From the NCBI GenBank assembly GCA_012523975.1, contig JAAYSF010000073.1, forward strand, positions 416-64,415: DNA of 64,000 nt, read 5' to 3'. Under the pieces are notes generated by a model. That model saw only the letters and a program-made list of their open reading frames with translations, was not told the DNA's origin and made no database searches. Within the stretch, counting starts at the first letter, position 1; the number at the start of each line of letters is the position of its first letter. Below, piece after piece: positions 38,346 through 47,500 of this stretch. The position numbers were made by a program, and so were the translations under genes. The DNA comes from Veillonellaceae bacterium. Lineage in GTDB: Bacteria > Bacillota > Negativicutes > JAAYSF01.

Positions 38346-38854
38346 TAACTTGTAGTCTTATCTTAGTGGCTGTTATAATTATTGAAAGAATCTTTGAAAT
38401 TAGGCTGGCGGCTCGTAATCGAAGAATTGTATCAGCAATGGGGGTCAAAGAATACGGTCGCAAGCATTATCCCTTGATGGTGCTGCTTCACACTGGCTGG
38501 CTGTTTGGGTGGCTGTCAGAAGCGCTGTTATATAACCGTTTGAGTGAAGTATGGTATGTATGGCTTGCTTTATTTTTACTGGCTGAAATTTTGCGCTATT
38601 GGTGCATATTAAGTTTGGGACAATTTTGGAATACTCGGATTTTTGTTGTTCCGGGTACCCGCCTTGTACAGCGAGGTCCTTATCGGTTTATGACTCATCC
38701 TAATTATTTGGCGGTATCGGTTGTTTTATTAAGTGTGCCGCTTATCTTCTCTGCTTATATAACGGCAATTGCTGCAACAATCTTGAACGCAGCCTTGCTG
38801 TTGTGCATTCGTATACCCGCTGAAGAACGGGCTCTCAAAAGTATAAGCAAATAA
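38339..38854 (+). CDS. bpsB: Isoprenylcysteine carboxyl methyltransferase (ICMT) family membrane methyltransferase, BpsB-like
   Basis: Multi-TM 171-aa protein with a C-terminal ICMT-like motif (...HPNYLAV...EE..L). Start overlaps the PKS gene end. Confidence 0.65.
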   Translation: MVVTCSLILVAVIIIERIFEIRLAARNRRIVSAMGVKEYGRKHYPLMVLLHTGWLFGWLSEALLYNRLSEVWYVWLALFLLAEILRYWCILSLGQFWNTRIFVVPGTRLVQRGPYRFMTHPNYLAVSVVLLSVPLIFSAYITAIAATILNAALLLCIRIPAEERALKSISK

Positions 38855-38865
38855 GACTGCAAAAG

Positions 38866-38894
38866 GGTGGCGCGATGGCCACCCTTTGTCGTTG
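38866..38894 (+). terminator. Intrinsic terminator hairpin (aaagggtggc..gccaccctttg)
   Basis: GC-rich 10-bp stem immediately after the bpsB stop. Confidence 0.5.
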
Positions 38895-39098
38895 CACTAT
38901 TTACATTTGGAGGATTCTTTGTTTTTGGAACTCGGGGCAATTTCTTTTGAAAACTCAGTAGATGAACTACTGCTTTTCTTGTCGTTTTTTCCGCCCGGAA
39001 GGTCTTTAAAACCCATATTATCACCTCCGGTGTTAGTATTACCCATCTTTTACAAAGATAAACCGAAGATGACAAAATTACCTTATTTTTAGCGTAAG

Positions 39099-40760
39099 CT
39101 ATTTCAGAACAGCACCGGTATTAGCCGAACTGACAAGCTTAGCATAGCGGGCAAGATAGCCAGTTTTTACTTTAGGTTCGGGCTTGACCCAGGCAGCTTT
39201 GCGGGCTGCTAGCTCGTCGTCGCTCAAAGCTACATTAAGCTTGCGGCCGGGGATATCTATCGAAACGATATCGCCTTCTTTTAACAGGCCAATCGGTCCG
39301 CCGTCCATAGCTTCGGGCGAGACATGACCGATGCAGGCACCGCGGGTTGCTCCGCTGAACCGGCCATCAGTCAACAGTGCGACACGCAGCCCCATACCGG
39401 TGATAACGGCAGTTGGGTTAAGCATCTCCCGCATGCCGGGGCCGCCTTTCGGGCCTTCATAACGAATGATAACAACGTCGCCATCCTTTACCTGCTTACC
39501 AATTATAGCATCAATAGCTTCTTCTTCGGAGTCAAAGACACGGGCCGGTCCTTCGAACACGAGCATGTCTTCGGTTACGGCACTTTCTTTGACAACGGCG
39601 GTATCGGGAGCAAGATTACCTTTGAGAATAGCAATGCCGCCGGTCTTGCGGTATGGATTATCGATTGCTTTTATTACATCAGAGCGGGTTATTTCTGCAT
39701 TTTTGATTCTGTCCGCAACAGTACCGGATACGGTAAGGGCTTCAGTATGGATAAGGCCGGCCTTAGACAGTTCCTTCATAACGGCTGAGATTCCGCCAGC
39801 CTCGTTCAGGTCTTGAAGATGGTGGGTGCCGCCTGGGCTAAGTTTTGTTATATATGGGGTTTTGGCGCTTATTGCGTCAAACAGTTCAAGTGGTAATTCG
39901 AGACCTGACTCGTGGGCAATTGCTGTCAGGTGAAGCACTGTATTGGATGATCCGCCGATACCCATATCAACAGTTATGGCGTTTTCGAAAGCTTTCATAG
40001 TCATGATGTCGCGCGGTTTTATATCTTTAGCAACTAAATCGATTATCATAGAACCTGCTTTTTTTGCCAGCATGCGGCGGGCGCCAAACTGGGCGGCAGG
40101 GATAGTTCCGTTTCCAGGAAGTGCCATACCGAGAGCTTCGGTCAAACAGTTCATCGAGTTGGCAGTAAATAACCCGGCGCATGAGCCGCATCCTGGGCAC
40201 CCTGCTTTCTCGAGGGAGTCAAGCTCGGCAACTGTGATTTTACCGCTTTCGTATAAGCCGGCAGCCTCAAACAGGTTACTTACGCTAATATCTTTCCCGC
40301 TATAGCGACCGGCCATCATGGGACCGCCGCTGACGACGATGCACGGGATGTTTAGTCTGGCAGCGGCCATTAACATACCGGGGACTATTTTGTCACAGTT
40401 AGGTATAAGCACAAGACCATCAAGGGCGTGAGCTGTAGCAACTGATTCGATAGAATCGGCGATTAGTTCGCGGCTGGCCAGAGGGAACTTCATGCCTTCA
40501 TGGCCCATGGCAATGCCGTCGCAAATACCGATTGCCGGGAATTCCATAGGTGTGCCACCGGCAGATGCTACGCCAAGTTTGACGGCGTCGGCAATATCCC
40601 TAAGATGAATGTGACCTGGAATTATTTCGTTAAAAGCATTTACTACCCCGATTAGCGGTTTCTGCAAATCCTCCGGGGTATAGCCCATAGCATAGAATAA
40701 TGCCCGATGGGCAGCTCGAGTAGAACCTTTTTTTACAATATTGCTGCGCAAGGAACTCAC
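39099..40760 (-). CDS. ilvD: Dihydroxy-acid dehydratase
   Basis: Full-length match to IlvD (LRSN...CDGIAMGH...[12 protein letters not shown]...). Start is ambiguous (GTG at 40760 or in-frame TTG at 40751). Confidence 0.9.
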   Translation of the reverse strand: MSSLRSNIVKKGSTRAAHRALFYAMGYTPEDLQKPLIGVVNAFNEIIPGHIHLRDIADAVKLGVASAGGTPMEFPAIGICDGIAMGHEGMKFPLASRELIADSIESVATAHALDGLVLIPNCDKIVPGMLMAAARLNIPCIVVSGGPMMAGRYSGKDISVSNLFEAAGLYESGKITVAELDSLEKAGCPGCGSCAGLFTANSMNCLTEALGMALPGNGTIPAAQFGARRMLAKKAGSMIIDLVAKDIKPRDIMTMKAFENAITVDMGIGGSSNTVLHLTAIAHESGLELPLELFDAISAKTPYITKLSPGGTHHLQDLNEAGGISAVMKELSKAGLIHTEALTVSGTVADRIKNAEITRSDVIKAIDNPYRKTGGIAILKGNLAPDTAVVKESAVTEDMLVFEGPARVFDSEEEAIDAIIGKQVKDGDVVIIRYEGPKGGPGMREMLNPTAVITGMGLRVALLTDGRFSGATRGACIGHVSPEAMDGGPIGLLKEGDIVSIDIPGRKLNVALSDDELAARKAAWVKPEPKVKTGYLARYAKLVSSANTGAVLK

Positions 40761-41003
40761 TCCCTTATAAAAGTGTTATTGTTGTAGTATATACATTAGA
40801 TGTTTGTTCACAATATCCTGCTTTTGGGCGCGGCGGAGAAGGCCTTAAAATTATTCCAGTGGCGCATATTAACAGTAGATGGTATTAATCCGAAGGGTTA
40901 TGAAAAACGACTTTTGGTCATTAATACATGTAATTCAATAACCGATACAGGAAATTTGAGATGGTTTCACGAACAATATCCAAAATTATATATGGAGGCC
41001 TAC

Positions 41004-41855
41004 ATGCGGAAGAAAACTATTCAATATTTTTTTGTCAGTCTTGGGTGTATAATTAGCAGCTGTTCGATAAATCTTTTACTTGTTCCTAACCATTTTCTCA
41101 GTGGCGGAATCAGTGGCTTGGCAATAATCTTTTATTATTTATTTAAGCTGCCTATTGGTCTGCAGATTTTTTTAATGAACGTCCCACTGCTTGTAGCCGC
41201 TTACCGTAATCTCGGCAAAGAGTATACTACGATAGCGATTTATGGCACAATTTGGTTTTCGGTTGCTATAGATGCAACTCGATTTCTAAATAACTGGAAG
41301 GTCCTTGATGATCCACTACTCGCCGCCATTATGGGCGGTGTGATGTCCGGAATTGGAAGCGGCCTGATTTTCCGTGTCGATGGAAGTTCTGGCGGATTAG
41401 ATATAATCGCAGCTATCGTAAAGAAAAAATACTCTCTTAATGTTGGGTTTGTAAGCTTTGCAATTAATTGTGCTATTATGCTTATTGCGGCAGGCTTATT
41501 TGGACTTAAGCTAGCGGTTTTGACGCTAATTTCGATGTTTGTCAGCGCGAATGTTACCGATAAGGTTGTAGAAGGTTTCAATAGGAAGAAAACAATCTAT
41601 ATTGTCTCATATAACTCCGAACAGATAGTTAAAACCATTTTACAGGAGGTTGGCCGCGGTGTAACTATCTTACGTGGCGAGGGAGCCTTTACTAGACAGG
41701 AAAAAGAGGTAATCTTTGTTGTGGTGAGTTTAACGCAAATTGCAAAGATTAAAGCGCTGGTTCATGAGGCTGATCCTTATGCCTTTATGATAATGCAGGA
41801 CGCTGCCGAAGTGCTGGGACGAGGATTTACTCTACCAGGCAGCAAACAGCTTTAA
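41004..41855 (+). CDS. YitT-family (DUF161/DUF2179) membrane protein
   Basis: Multi-TM domain plus a C-terminal DUF2179-like domain. TGGAGG RBS before the ATG at 41004. The ORF-track extension to 40800 is probably untranslated. Confidence 0.65.
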   Translation: MRKKTIQYFFVSLGCIISSCSINLLLVPNHFLSGGISGLAIIFYYLFKLPIGLQIFLMNVPLLVAAYRNLGKEYTTIAIYGTIWFSVAIDATRFLNNWKVLDDPLLAAIMGGVMSGIGSGLIFRVDGSSGGLDIIAAIVKKKYSLNVGFVSFAINCAIMLIAAGLFGLKLAVLTLISMFVSANVTDKVVEGFNRKKTIYIVSYNSEQIVKTILQEVGRGVTILRGEGAFTRQEKEVIFVVVSLTQIAKIKALVHEADPYAFMIMQDAAEVLGRGFTLPGSKQL

Positions 41856-41878
41856 TAGATGAAGTGAGCCTTGGTTCA

Positions 41879-41908
41879 GATGGAGTTTGATGGAGTTTAA
41901 TGGAGTTT
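41879..41908. repeat. Three tandem 10-bp direct repeats (GATGGAGTTT x3)
   Basis: Read directly from the sequence. Lies between the yitT stop and the bidirectional terminator. Confidence 0.6.
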
Positions 41909-41928
41909 ACAGCGTCGTGGTCACCGGA

Positions 41929-41964
41929 CAAAAAAACGCTCTACCCAAATGGGTAGGGCGTTTT
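41929..41964. terminator. Bidirectional intrinsic terminator (A7-cgctctaccc-aaat-gggtagggcg-T4)
   Basis: 10-bp stem flanked by an A-run and a T-run. Terminates yitT (+) and the rSAM/Cys-rich-peptide operon (-). Confidence 0.65.
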
Positions 41965-41976
41965 CAGTACAAGCAT

Positions 41977-42369
41977 TTAATATGGGCGGCAGTCAGGTTT
42001 GCATTGGCGGGGACGGCAGGACGGATTGCAAGTGCTGGCAGGGCGGCATTGGCGCGGGTAACAATAGCGGGGGTAGCAGTAGCTTGGGCCACACCATCTA
42101 GGATTGCAGTAACGCGGATTGCAGTTGGGCGCGCAGCGCGGATTACAGCTAGGGCTGCAGGTAGGATAGCAATTTGGTCTGCAGGATGGTTTACAGCCAG
42201 GCGAGCAGGCCGGATTGCAGGTAGGTGAGCAATTTGGCCTACAGGGGGTTCCTGTTGGGTAACAGCCTATTTGTCTTTCATTGTCATAATAGTCAATTTC
42301 ATCTTCCCATTCGGCTATTTCGGGGTCTTCCCATTTAGGGCGTCTTGTGTCTTCAAACATAAATTTCAT
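41977..42369 (-). CDS. Cysteine-rich repeat peptide (about 130 aa) with acidic N-terminal leader-like region and about 21 Cys in (C-x-P-x)n / (C-x-P-x-x)n repeats
   Basis: ORF translationally coupled to the upstream rSAM gene (ATGA overlap at 42366-42369; alternative ATG at 42378). The (CxPx) repeat is read from the translation. Confidence 0.6.
   Translation of the reverse strand: MKFMFEDTRRPKWEDPEIAEWEDEIDYYDNERQIGCYPTGTPCRPNCSPTCNPACSPGCKPSCRPNCYPTCSPSCNPRCAPNCNPRYCNPRWCGPSYCYPRYCYPRQCRPASTCNPSCRPRQCKPDCRPY
42000..42240. repeat. Degenerate 12-nt periodic tandem repeats (GCAGGNNGGATT-like) encoding the CxPx tetrads
   Basis: Recurring ggattgcag motifs. Generates a spurious Ala/Arg-rich + strand ORF (41887-42228). 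Confidence 0.55.
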
Positions 42370-43610
42370 TCCTCCCATTTACCAGTATAAGGGTTATACG
42401 AGCACCCACATGAGCATGCCAACCACCGTTTGTTTGGGTCGCTGCCTTGCGCTAGCGGCCGGCAGTCGCTGCAGGCATAGCGAAACTCACAATCTTTGCA
42501 TTTCTCTACATGATCCTTGGTTGTACGCCAACATTGCTGTAAAGGCTGTCCGCGAAGTACCTCCGTAAGAGATTCCGTGAGTATGTTTCCGCATATTTGG
42601 CTGCGGGCAAATATGCAGGGAATAATGTCGCCAGTCGCGGTGACAGCTATTTTCCCTGCTAGGCAGCTGTGATGCATCTGGGCTTTGGCAAAGCTCTCGG
42701 CATCGGTATAAAACGGAGGTTTAATAGGTTGCTTAGTATACATTGAAGGAATTAATTCTTTGTCATCACCGCGGCCTGTTGGTCTAACAACGTCAGGGGG
42801 GTTGACTTCGACGCCGAGTTGCTGGCAGAGATCCATGATTTTCTGTGGCTCGGTTTCATTTGCTTTCATTATAATAGAAGCAATGCGCAAAGGAATCTGG
42901 GCTGCAATGATCTTTTTTATGGCTGTAAGGGTCTTGTCAAAGCTGCCTTGATTAAGGGTAACTTTATCGTGAATTTCACTGCAGTCGGAGTAAATCGTTG
43001 TAGCGATGCTTACATCGTTTTCTTTGAAAAAATTAATGCAAGAATCGTCGACTAGGGTAGCATTAGTGAATATTTCAATAAATTCATAGCCGGATTTTTT
43101 AGCTTTAACTACCAATTCGCGCCATTTTGGGTACATCAGGGGTTCGCCCCCAATAAGCTGAATGGCAGTTGCGCCGGCTTGACGAGCCTCATCGATCAGA
43201 CTCAGCCATCTTTCATGGGGTACACAATCCTTAGTTTCGATTACCGGACCGCTGGTAGCGTAACAGTGCAGGCAGCGATTATTACACTTGGATGTCAGCT
43301 CTAACCAGAGAAATTCAAGTCTGATGTCATCTGCTACCTGTACTTCGGCAGTCGGCGCTTTTATCCCCGGGTCAAAAGTATAGAGCGAGCCAACACCTTT
43401 TCCGGTGAGATCATCAAGAAAACTTAAGTATTTCTTACTATTGGAATTAGTAACATCAAGCAATTTATCCAGAGAGTGTTCCTGACAGGCCAACAGCAAT
43501 TGAACAGCGCCATTGTTTATCGAATAAACTTTCCCGCTTTGGAAGTCATAAATAGCACCGCGTTTTGCTCCCTTAACCAGTCTGCAGTCCTTATTCAATC
43601 GGTAATACAA
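42366..43610 (-). CDS. Radical SAM enzyme with N-terminal PqqD-like RRE domain and C-terminal SPASM/twitch Cys-rich domain (RiPP maturase-like)
   Basis: CNNRCLHC CxxxCxxC motif. N-terminal ~90 aa with the PqqD-like pattern (KVYSINNGAVQLLLAC). C-terminal Cys cluster (CxxxxxC...CxxCxxC...C). Confidence 0.75.
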   Translation of the reverse strand: MYYRLNKDCRLVKGAKRGAIYDFQSGKVYSINNGAVQLLLACQEHSLDKLLDVTNSNSKKYLSFLDDLTGKGVGSLYTFDPGIKAPTAEVQVADDIRLEFLWLELTSKCNNRCLHCYATSGPVIETKDCVPHERWLSLIDEARQAGATAIQLIGGEPLMYPKWRELVVKAKKSGYEFIEIFTNATLVDDSCINFFKENDVSIATTIYSDCSEIHDKVTLNQGSFDKTLTAIKKIIAAQIPLRIASIIMKANETEPQKIMDLCQQLGVEVNPPDVVRPTGRGDDKELIPSMYTKQPIKPPFYTDAESFAKAQMHHSCLAGKIAVTATGDIIPCIFARSQICGNILTESLTEVLRGQPLQQCWRTTKDHVEKCKDCEFRYACSDCRPLAQGSDPNKRWLACSCGCSYNPYTGKWEE

Positions 43611-43694
43611 GATGGATTCCCTCCTTTAACTCTGGGCCTGGTACATAATATGCAAAATTGTCGGCATGGTGTGTCTTTGTGTTAATAAAGTATG

Positions 43695-43723
43695 TTGACA
43701 AGTTTTTGTAAATGGTATATAAT
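43695..43723 (+). promoter_or_regulatory. Sigma-A-type promoter TTGACA-N17-TATAAT for tRNA-Gly
   Basis: Exact consensus. About 30 nt upstream of the tRNA. Confidence 0.6.
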
Positions 43724-43753
43724 AAATTTCGTTGTCAGGGGTCGAAGTAAAAT

Positions 43754-43828
43754 GCGGAAGTAGCTCAGTGGTAGAGCATCGCCTTGCCAAGGCGAGGGTC
43801 GCGAGTTCGAATCTCGTTTTCCGCTCCA
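43754..43828 (+). tRNA. tRNA-Gly (anticodon GCC)
   Basis: Acceptor gcggaag/tttccgc, anticodon loop ttGCCaa, encoded CCA. Confidence 0.9.
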
Positions 43829-44054
43829 TAGAAGGTAAGCAAAAACCAGCAGGGGTGACTGCTGGTTTTTAGCATATCTCTTGTTTTTGTTATACAATTA
43901 TGGTATCATTAAGCGCATGACATGCTGAAATAACCCTGATTTTTTTAAAAAATAATTGGGGAAACCGTGAAATTTATGCCAAAATTGGTAATGCTATATT
44001 TGGCGGGAAAGCTTGTCGTATATTTTGCAACTACATAGGGAGGATATAGCATCA

Positions 44055-45344
44055 ATGAAAACAACGGCCGAAAGAATAGAAAAGAATAAAGTGGTATTGG
44101 AAATAGAGGTACCGCAGGAAGAAGTAGCAAAGGCGATTGATAAAGCGTATCATAAACTGGCTGGTAAGGTTAATATCCCTGGTTTCCGTAAGGGTAAAGC
44201 ACCGCGTAAAGTTATCGAGATGCGCCTCGGAAAAGAAGTACTGCTTGACGAAGCATTCGACATTATAGCTCCCGCGGCATATTCCAAAGCAATTGAGGAA
44301 CAAAAAGTTGAGCCGGTAACTCGTCCCCAGATTGAGGTTGTAGCTTTAACTGAAGATCAGCCTTTAGTTTTCAAAGCTACGGTTATCACGAAGCCTGAAG
44401 TGAAGCTTGGCCAATATAAAGGACTCAAAATTGAGAAAAAGGTTGAACCGGTTACTGACGAAAAAATTGCAGAAGAACTCGAAAATCTCCGCAACCGCCA
44501 TGCTAAGATGGTTGTTGCTGAGGATGCAGCAATCGAAAACGGTGACTTTGCTATCATCGATTTTGAAGGCTTTATTGACGATGTTGCATTTGAAGGTGGC
44601 GCTGGTAAGAGCTATCCGCTTCAAATTGGATCCGGCAGTTTTATTCCCGGTTTTGAAGAACAGCTTATCGGCGCTAAAGCTGGCGAAGAGCGCGATGTAA
44701 AAGTTGTTTTCCCGACAGAATACCATGCAGCTGATTTAGCCGGCAAGGAAGCAGTATTCAAAGTTAAAATTAACGATGTTAAACGGAAAGAAATGCCGAC
44801 ATTAGATGATGATTTTGCCAAGGATGTCAGTGAGTTCGAAACGGTTGAGGAATTAAAGGCTGATATCAAGAATAAATTAGAAAAGGCAGCCGAAGAAAAA
44901 GCTGACCGTGAATTCCAAAATGAAGCCATTAAACAAGTGGTTGAAAGCTCTGAACTGGATATTCCTGATGTAATGGTCGAAAGCCGTATCGACAATATGA
45001 TTAATGACTTGGCAATTAACATTGAAAACCGTGGTATGAAACTTGACCAGTATTTAGCCTATGCCAAGATGGATATGGACGGCTTGCGGGAAAGCTATCG
45101 TGAAGCGGCTGTGGTGAATGTTAAAACCGACTTGGTTCTTGAAGAAATTGTAAAGGCTGAAAATATCGAGGCAAGCGCTGAAGATCTTAAAGCTGAAGTC
45201 GCTGCAATGGCCCAAGCATACGCCGCTCCCGTCGAAGAAGTTGAGAAGATTATCCGCAAGCAAGGACATCTGAACGCTTTAGTGCAATCAGTACTTCGCA
45301 AGAAGGCGGCTAAATTTATTATTGATGGTACTGAAAAAGAGTAA
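44055..45344 (+). CDS. tig: Trigger factor
   Basis: Full-length PPIase chaperone (GFRKGKAPR ribosome-binding motif). GGGAGGA RBS. Confidence 0.9.
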   Translation: MKTTAERIEKNKVVLEIEVPQEEVAKAIDKAYHKLAGKVNIPGFRKGKAPRKVIEMRLGKEVLLDEAFDIIAPAAYSKAIEEQKVEPVTRPQIEVVALTEDQPLVFKATVITKPEVKLGQYKGLKIEKKVEPVTDEKIAEELENLRNRHAKMVVAEDAAIENGDFAIIDFEGFIDDVAFEGGAGKSYPLQIGSGSFIPGFEEQLIGAKAGEERDVKVVFPTEYHAADLAGKEAVFKVKINDVKRKEMPTLDDDFAKDVSEFETVEELKADIKNKLEKAAEEKADREFQNEAIKQVVESSELDIPDVMVESRIDNMINDLAINIENRGMKLDQYLAYAKMDMDGLRESYREAAVVNVKTDLVLEEIVKAENIEASAEDLKAEVAAMAQAYAAPVEEVEKIIRKQGHLNALVQSVLRKKAAKFIIDGTEKE

Positions 45345-45397
45345 GCAGTATCAGTTAGTAAGTTAATTCTCTGACAAAATGAAAAGAGGTGATTTTC

Positions 45398-46000
45398 ATG
45401 AGTTTTGTGCCAATAGTTGTTGAGCAGTCAAATCGCGGCGAAAGAGCATACGATATTTACTCACGTCTTTTAAAAGACCGTATCATTTTCCTTGGTGGCC
45501 CCATCGACGATACCGTAGCTAATCTGGTTATTGCCCAGTTACTGTTCTTAGAGTCCGAAGACCCTGATAAGGATATTCATTTGTACATTAACAGTCCAGG
45601 CGGGGTTGTAACAGCAGGATTGGCAATATATGATACAATGCAGTACATTAAGCCCAATGTTTCAACCATCTGTCTAGGAATGGCTGCAAGCATGGCTGCA
45701 GTACTTCTGGCTGCCGGCGCTAAAGGAAAACGATATGCTCTCCCCTATGCGCGCGTTATGATTCATCAGCCGTTGGGCGGAGCTCAGGGGCAAGCTACCG
45801 ACATTGAAATTCACGCCCGGGAAATTTTACGGATGCGGGGATTACTCAATGACATACTTGTCAATCATACCGGTCAGCCGCTGGAGAATATTCAGCGTGA
45901 TACTGAACGTGATTTCTTTATGTCGAGCCAACAAGCCAAAGAATATGGTATAATTGACTCGGTAATAGTTCGAGGTGAGCGCAAGGATAATCCCAAATAG
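45398..46000 (+). CDS. clpP: ATP-dependent Clp protease proteolytic subunit
   Basis: Ser-His-Asp catalytic-triad regions ([13 protein letters not shown]). Confidence 0.95.
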   Translation: MSFVPIVVEQSNRGERAYDIYSRLLKDRIIFLGGPIDDTVANLVIAQLLFLESEDPDKDIHLYINSPGGVVTAGLAIYDTMQYIKPNVSTICLGMAASMAAVLLAAGAKGKRYALPYARVMIHQPLGGAQGQATDIEIHAREILRMRGLLNDILVNHTGQPLENIQRDTERDFFMSSQQAKEYGIIDSVIVRGERKDNPK

Positions 46001-46009
46001 AGAGGTGAT

Positions 46010-47275
46010 ATGATGTTGAAATTTGGGGATGATAAGGGTCAATTGAAGTGCTCATTTTGCGGCAAGTTGCAAGAGCAAGTCAAAAAGCTCGTTGCGGGTC
46101 CTGGCGTATATATTTGTGACGAATGCATTGAATTATGCAATGAAATAATTGAAGAAGAACTAAATGAAGATATTGACGTAGAACTAAAAGATATTCTAAA
46201 GCCGAAAGAGATTAAAGAAATTCTCGATCAATATGTTATTGGTCAGGAGGACGCAAAAAAATCACTCTCGGTCGCTGTCTATAATCATTACAAGAGGATT
46301 AATCTTGCCAATAAAATGGACGATGTCGAGCTGCAAAAGTCAAATATCGTCATGTTAGGGCCAACCGGCAGTGGTAAGACGCTGTTGGCTCAAACTCTAG
46401 CTAAGATTTTGAATGTGCCGTTCGCCATTGCCGATGCTACCTCGTTAACTGAGGCTGGATACGTTGGTGAAGATGTTGAGAATATCCTTCTCAAGCTTAT
46501 TCAGGCTGCTGATTATGATGTAGAAAAGGCGGAAAAGGGTATCGTATACATCGATGAAATTGATAAGATTGCCCGTAAGTCGGAAAATCCGTCAATTACT
46601 CGTGATGTTTCAGGCGAAGGTGTACAGCAAGCCTTGCTGAAAATCCTGGAAGGCACTGTCGCCAGTGTACCGCCACAAGGCGGGCGTAAGCATCCGCACC
46701 AGGAATTTATTCAGATTGACACCACTAATATCTTGTTTATCTGTGGTGGCGCCTTCGACGGAATTGATAAAATTATCAGTGCCCGTACGGGTAAGAAAAC
46801 GATGGGCTTTGGTGCAGAGATTGAGAGTAAGGAGAAGAAAAAGGTCGGCGAAATCTTAAAAAAGATATTGCCTGAAGACTTGTTAAGATTCGGCCTTATT
46901 CCCGAATTTGTCGGTCGATTACCTGTTATCGTAACCTTGGATGCACTCGATGAAGAGGCACTCATTCGGATTCTGCTCGAACCAAAGAATGCCCTTGTCA
47001 AGCAATACCAAAAATTCCTTGAACTTGACAATGTACAGCTTGAGTTTAAGGAAGATGCTCTTAAAGCTATCTCTAGCGAGGCGCTAAAACGTAACACGGG
47101 CGCAAGGGGACTCAGAGCCATCATTGAGAGCATTATGCGCAATGTGATGTATGAAATTCCGTCGCGGACAGATATTGTAAAATGTACAGTAACTAAAGAT
47201 GTAGTAGTTAACAATGAAGAACCAATATTAGTTACTGTTGACAGAAAAAGCAAGAAAAAAGAAGAATCCGCCTAA
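46010..47275 (+). CDS. clpX: ATP-dependent Clp protease ATP-binding subunit ClpX
   Basis: N-terminal C4 zinc finger CSFCGK...CDEC. Walker A GPTGSGKT. Confidence 0.95.
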   Translation: MMLKFGDDKGQLKCSFCGKLQEQVKKLVAGPGVYICDECIELCNEIIEEELNEDIDVELKDILKPKEIKEILDQYVIGQEDAKKSLSVAVYNHYKRINLANKMDDVELQKSNIVMLGPTGSGKTLLAQTLAKILNVPFAIADATSLTEAGYVGEDVENILLKLIQAADYDVEKAEKGIVYIDEIDKIARKSENPSITRDVSGEGVQQALLKILEGTVASVPPQGGRKHPHQEFIQIDTTNILFICGGAFDGIDKIISARTGKKTMGFGAEIESKEKKKVGEILKKILPEDLLRFGLIPEFVGRLPVIVTLDALDEEALIRILLEPKNALVKQYQKFLELDNVQLEFKEDALKAISSEALKRNTGARGLRAIIESIMRNVMYEIPSRTDIVKCTVTKDVVVNNEEPILVTVDRKSKKKEESA

Positions 47276-47276
47276 A

Positions 47277-47311
47277 CAAAGGAGATATATCTCCTTTGTT
47301 TTTTTATTTTC
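47277..47311 (+). terminator. Intrinsic terminator (acaaaggagatatatctcctttgt + T-run)
   Basis: Perfect hairpin followed by TTTTTTTATTTT. Confidence 0.7.
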
Positions 47312-47500
47312 CGTGCCTAAAGTATAACTTCCTGATTGCGAAATAAGTACGACATAAGCTTGGTTTTATATGACTTATGTGGCGGCTTTTGCTAGGATAA
47401 AATCACCTTGCTTGCCCATACTAGAATCATAGTGCCATTAGGAAAAAATTTGCCGGCCTGTTGGCGAATTGTAGATGCGGGAAGGAGGGTTTGTGGCTAA

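Noticed and set aside
39324-40305. Three + strand ORFs (116-154 aa) inside ilvD
   Set aside because: They are antisense to a highly conserved, full-length dihydroxy-acid dehydratase gene. Typical GC-rich antisense artefacts.
40800-41003. N-terminal 68-aa extension of the yitT ORF
   Set aside because: There is no RBS at 40800. A TGGAGG RBS precedes the ATG at 41004, where the hydrophobic YitT domain begins. The region is more likely the divergent promoter space shared with ilvD.
41887-42228. + strand 113-aa Ala/Arg/Gly-rich ORF
   Set aside because: It is antisense to the Cys-rich peptide gene. It arises from the 12-nt periodic GC-rich repeat, has no RBS, and its ATGs sit in the 10-bp tandem repeat. 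The minus-strand gene is translationally coupled to the rSAM gene.
43626-43897. Minus-strand ORFs (67 and 71 aa) over tRNA-Gly(GCC)
   Set aside because: They overlap the tRNA and its consensus promoter. No RBS.
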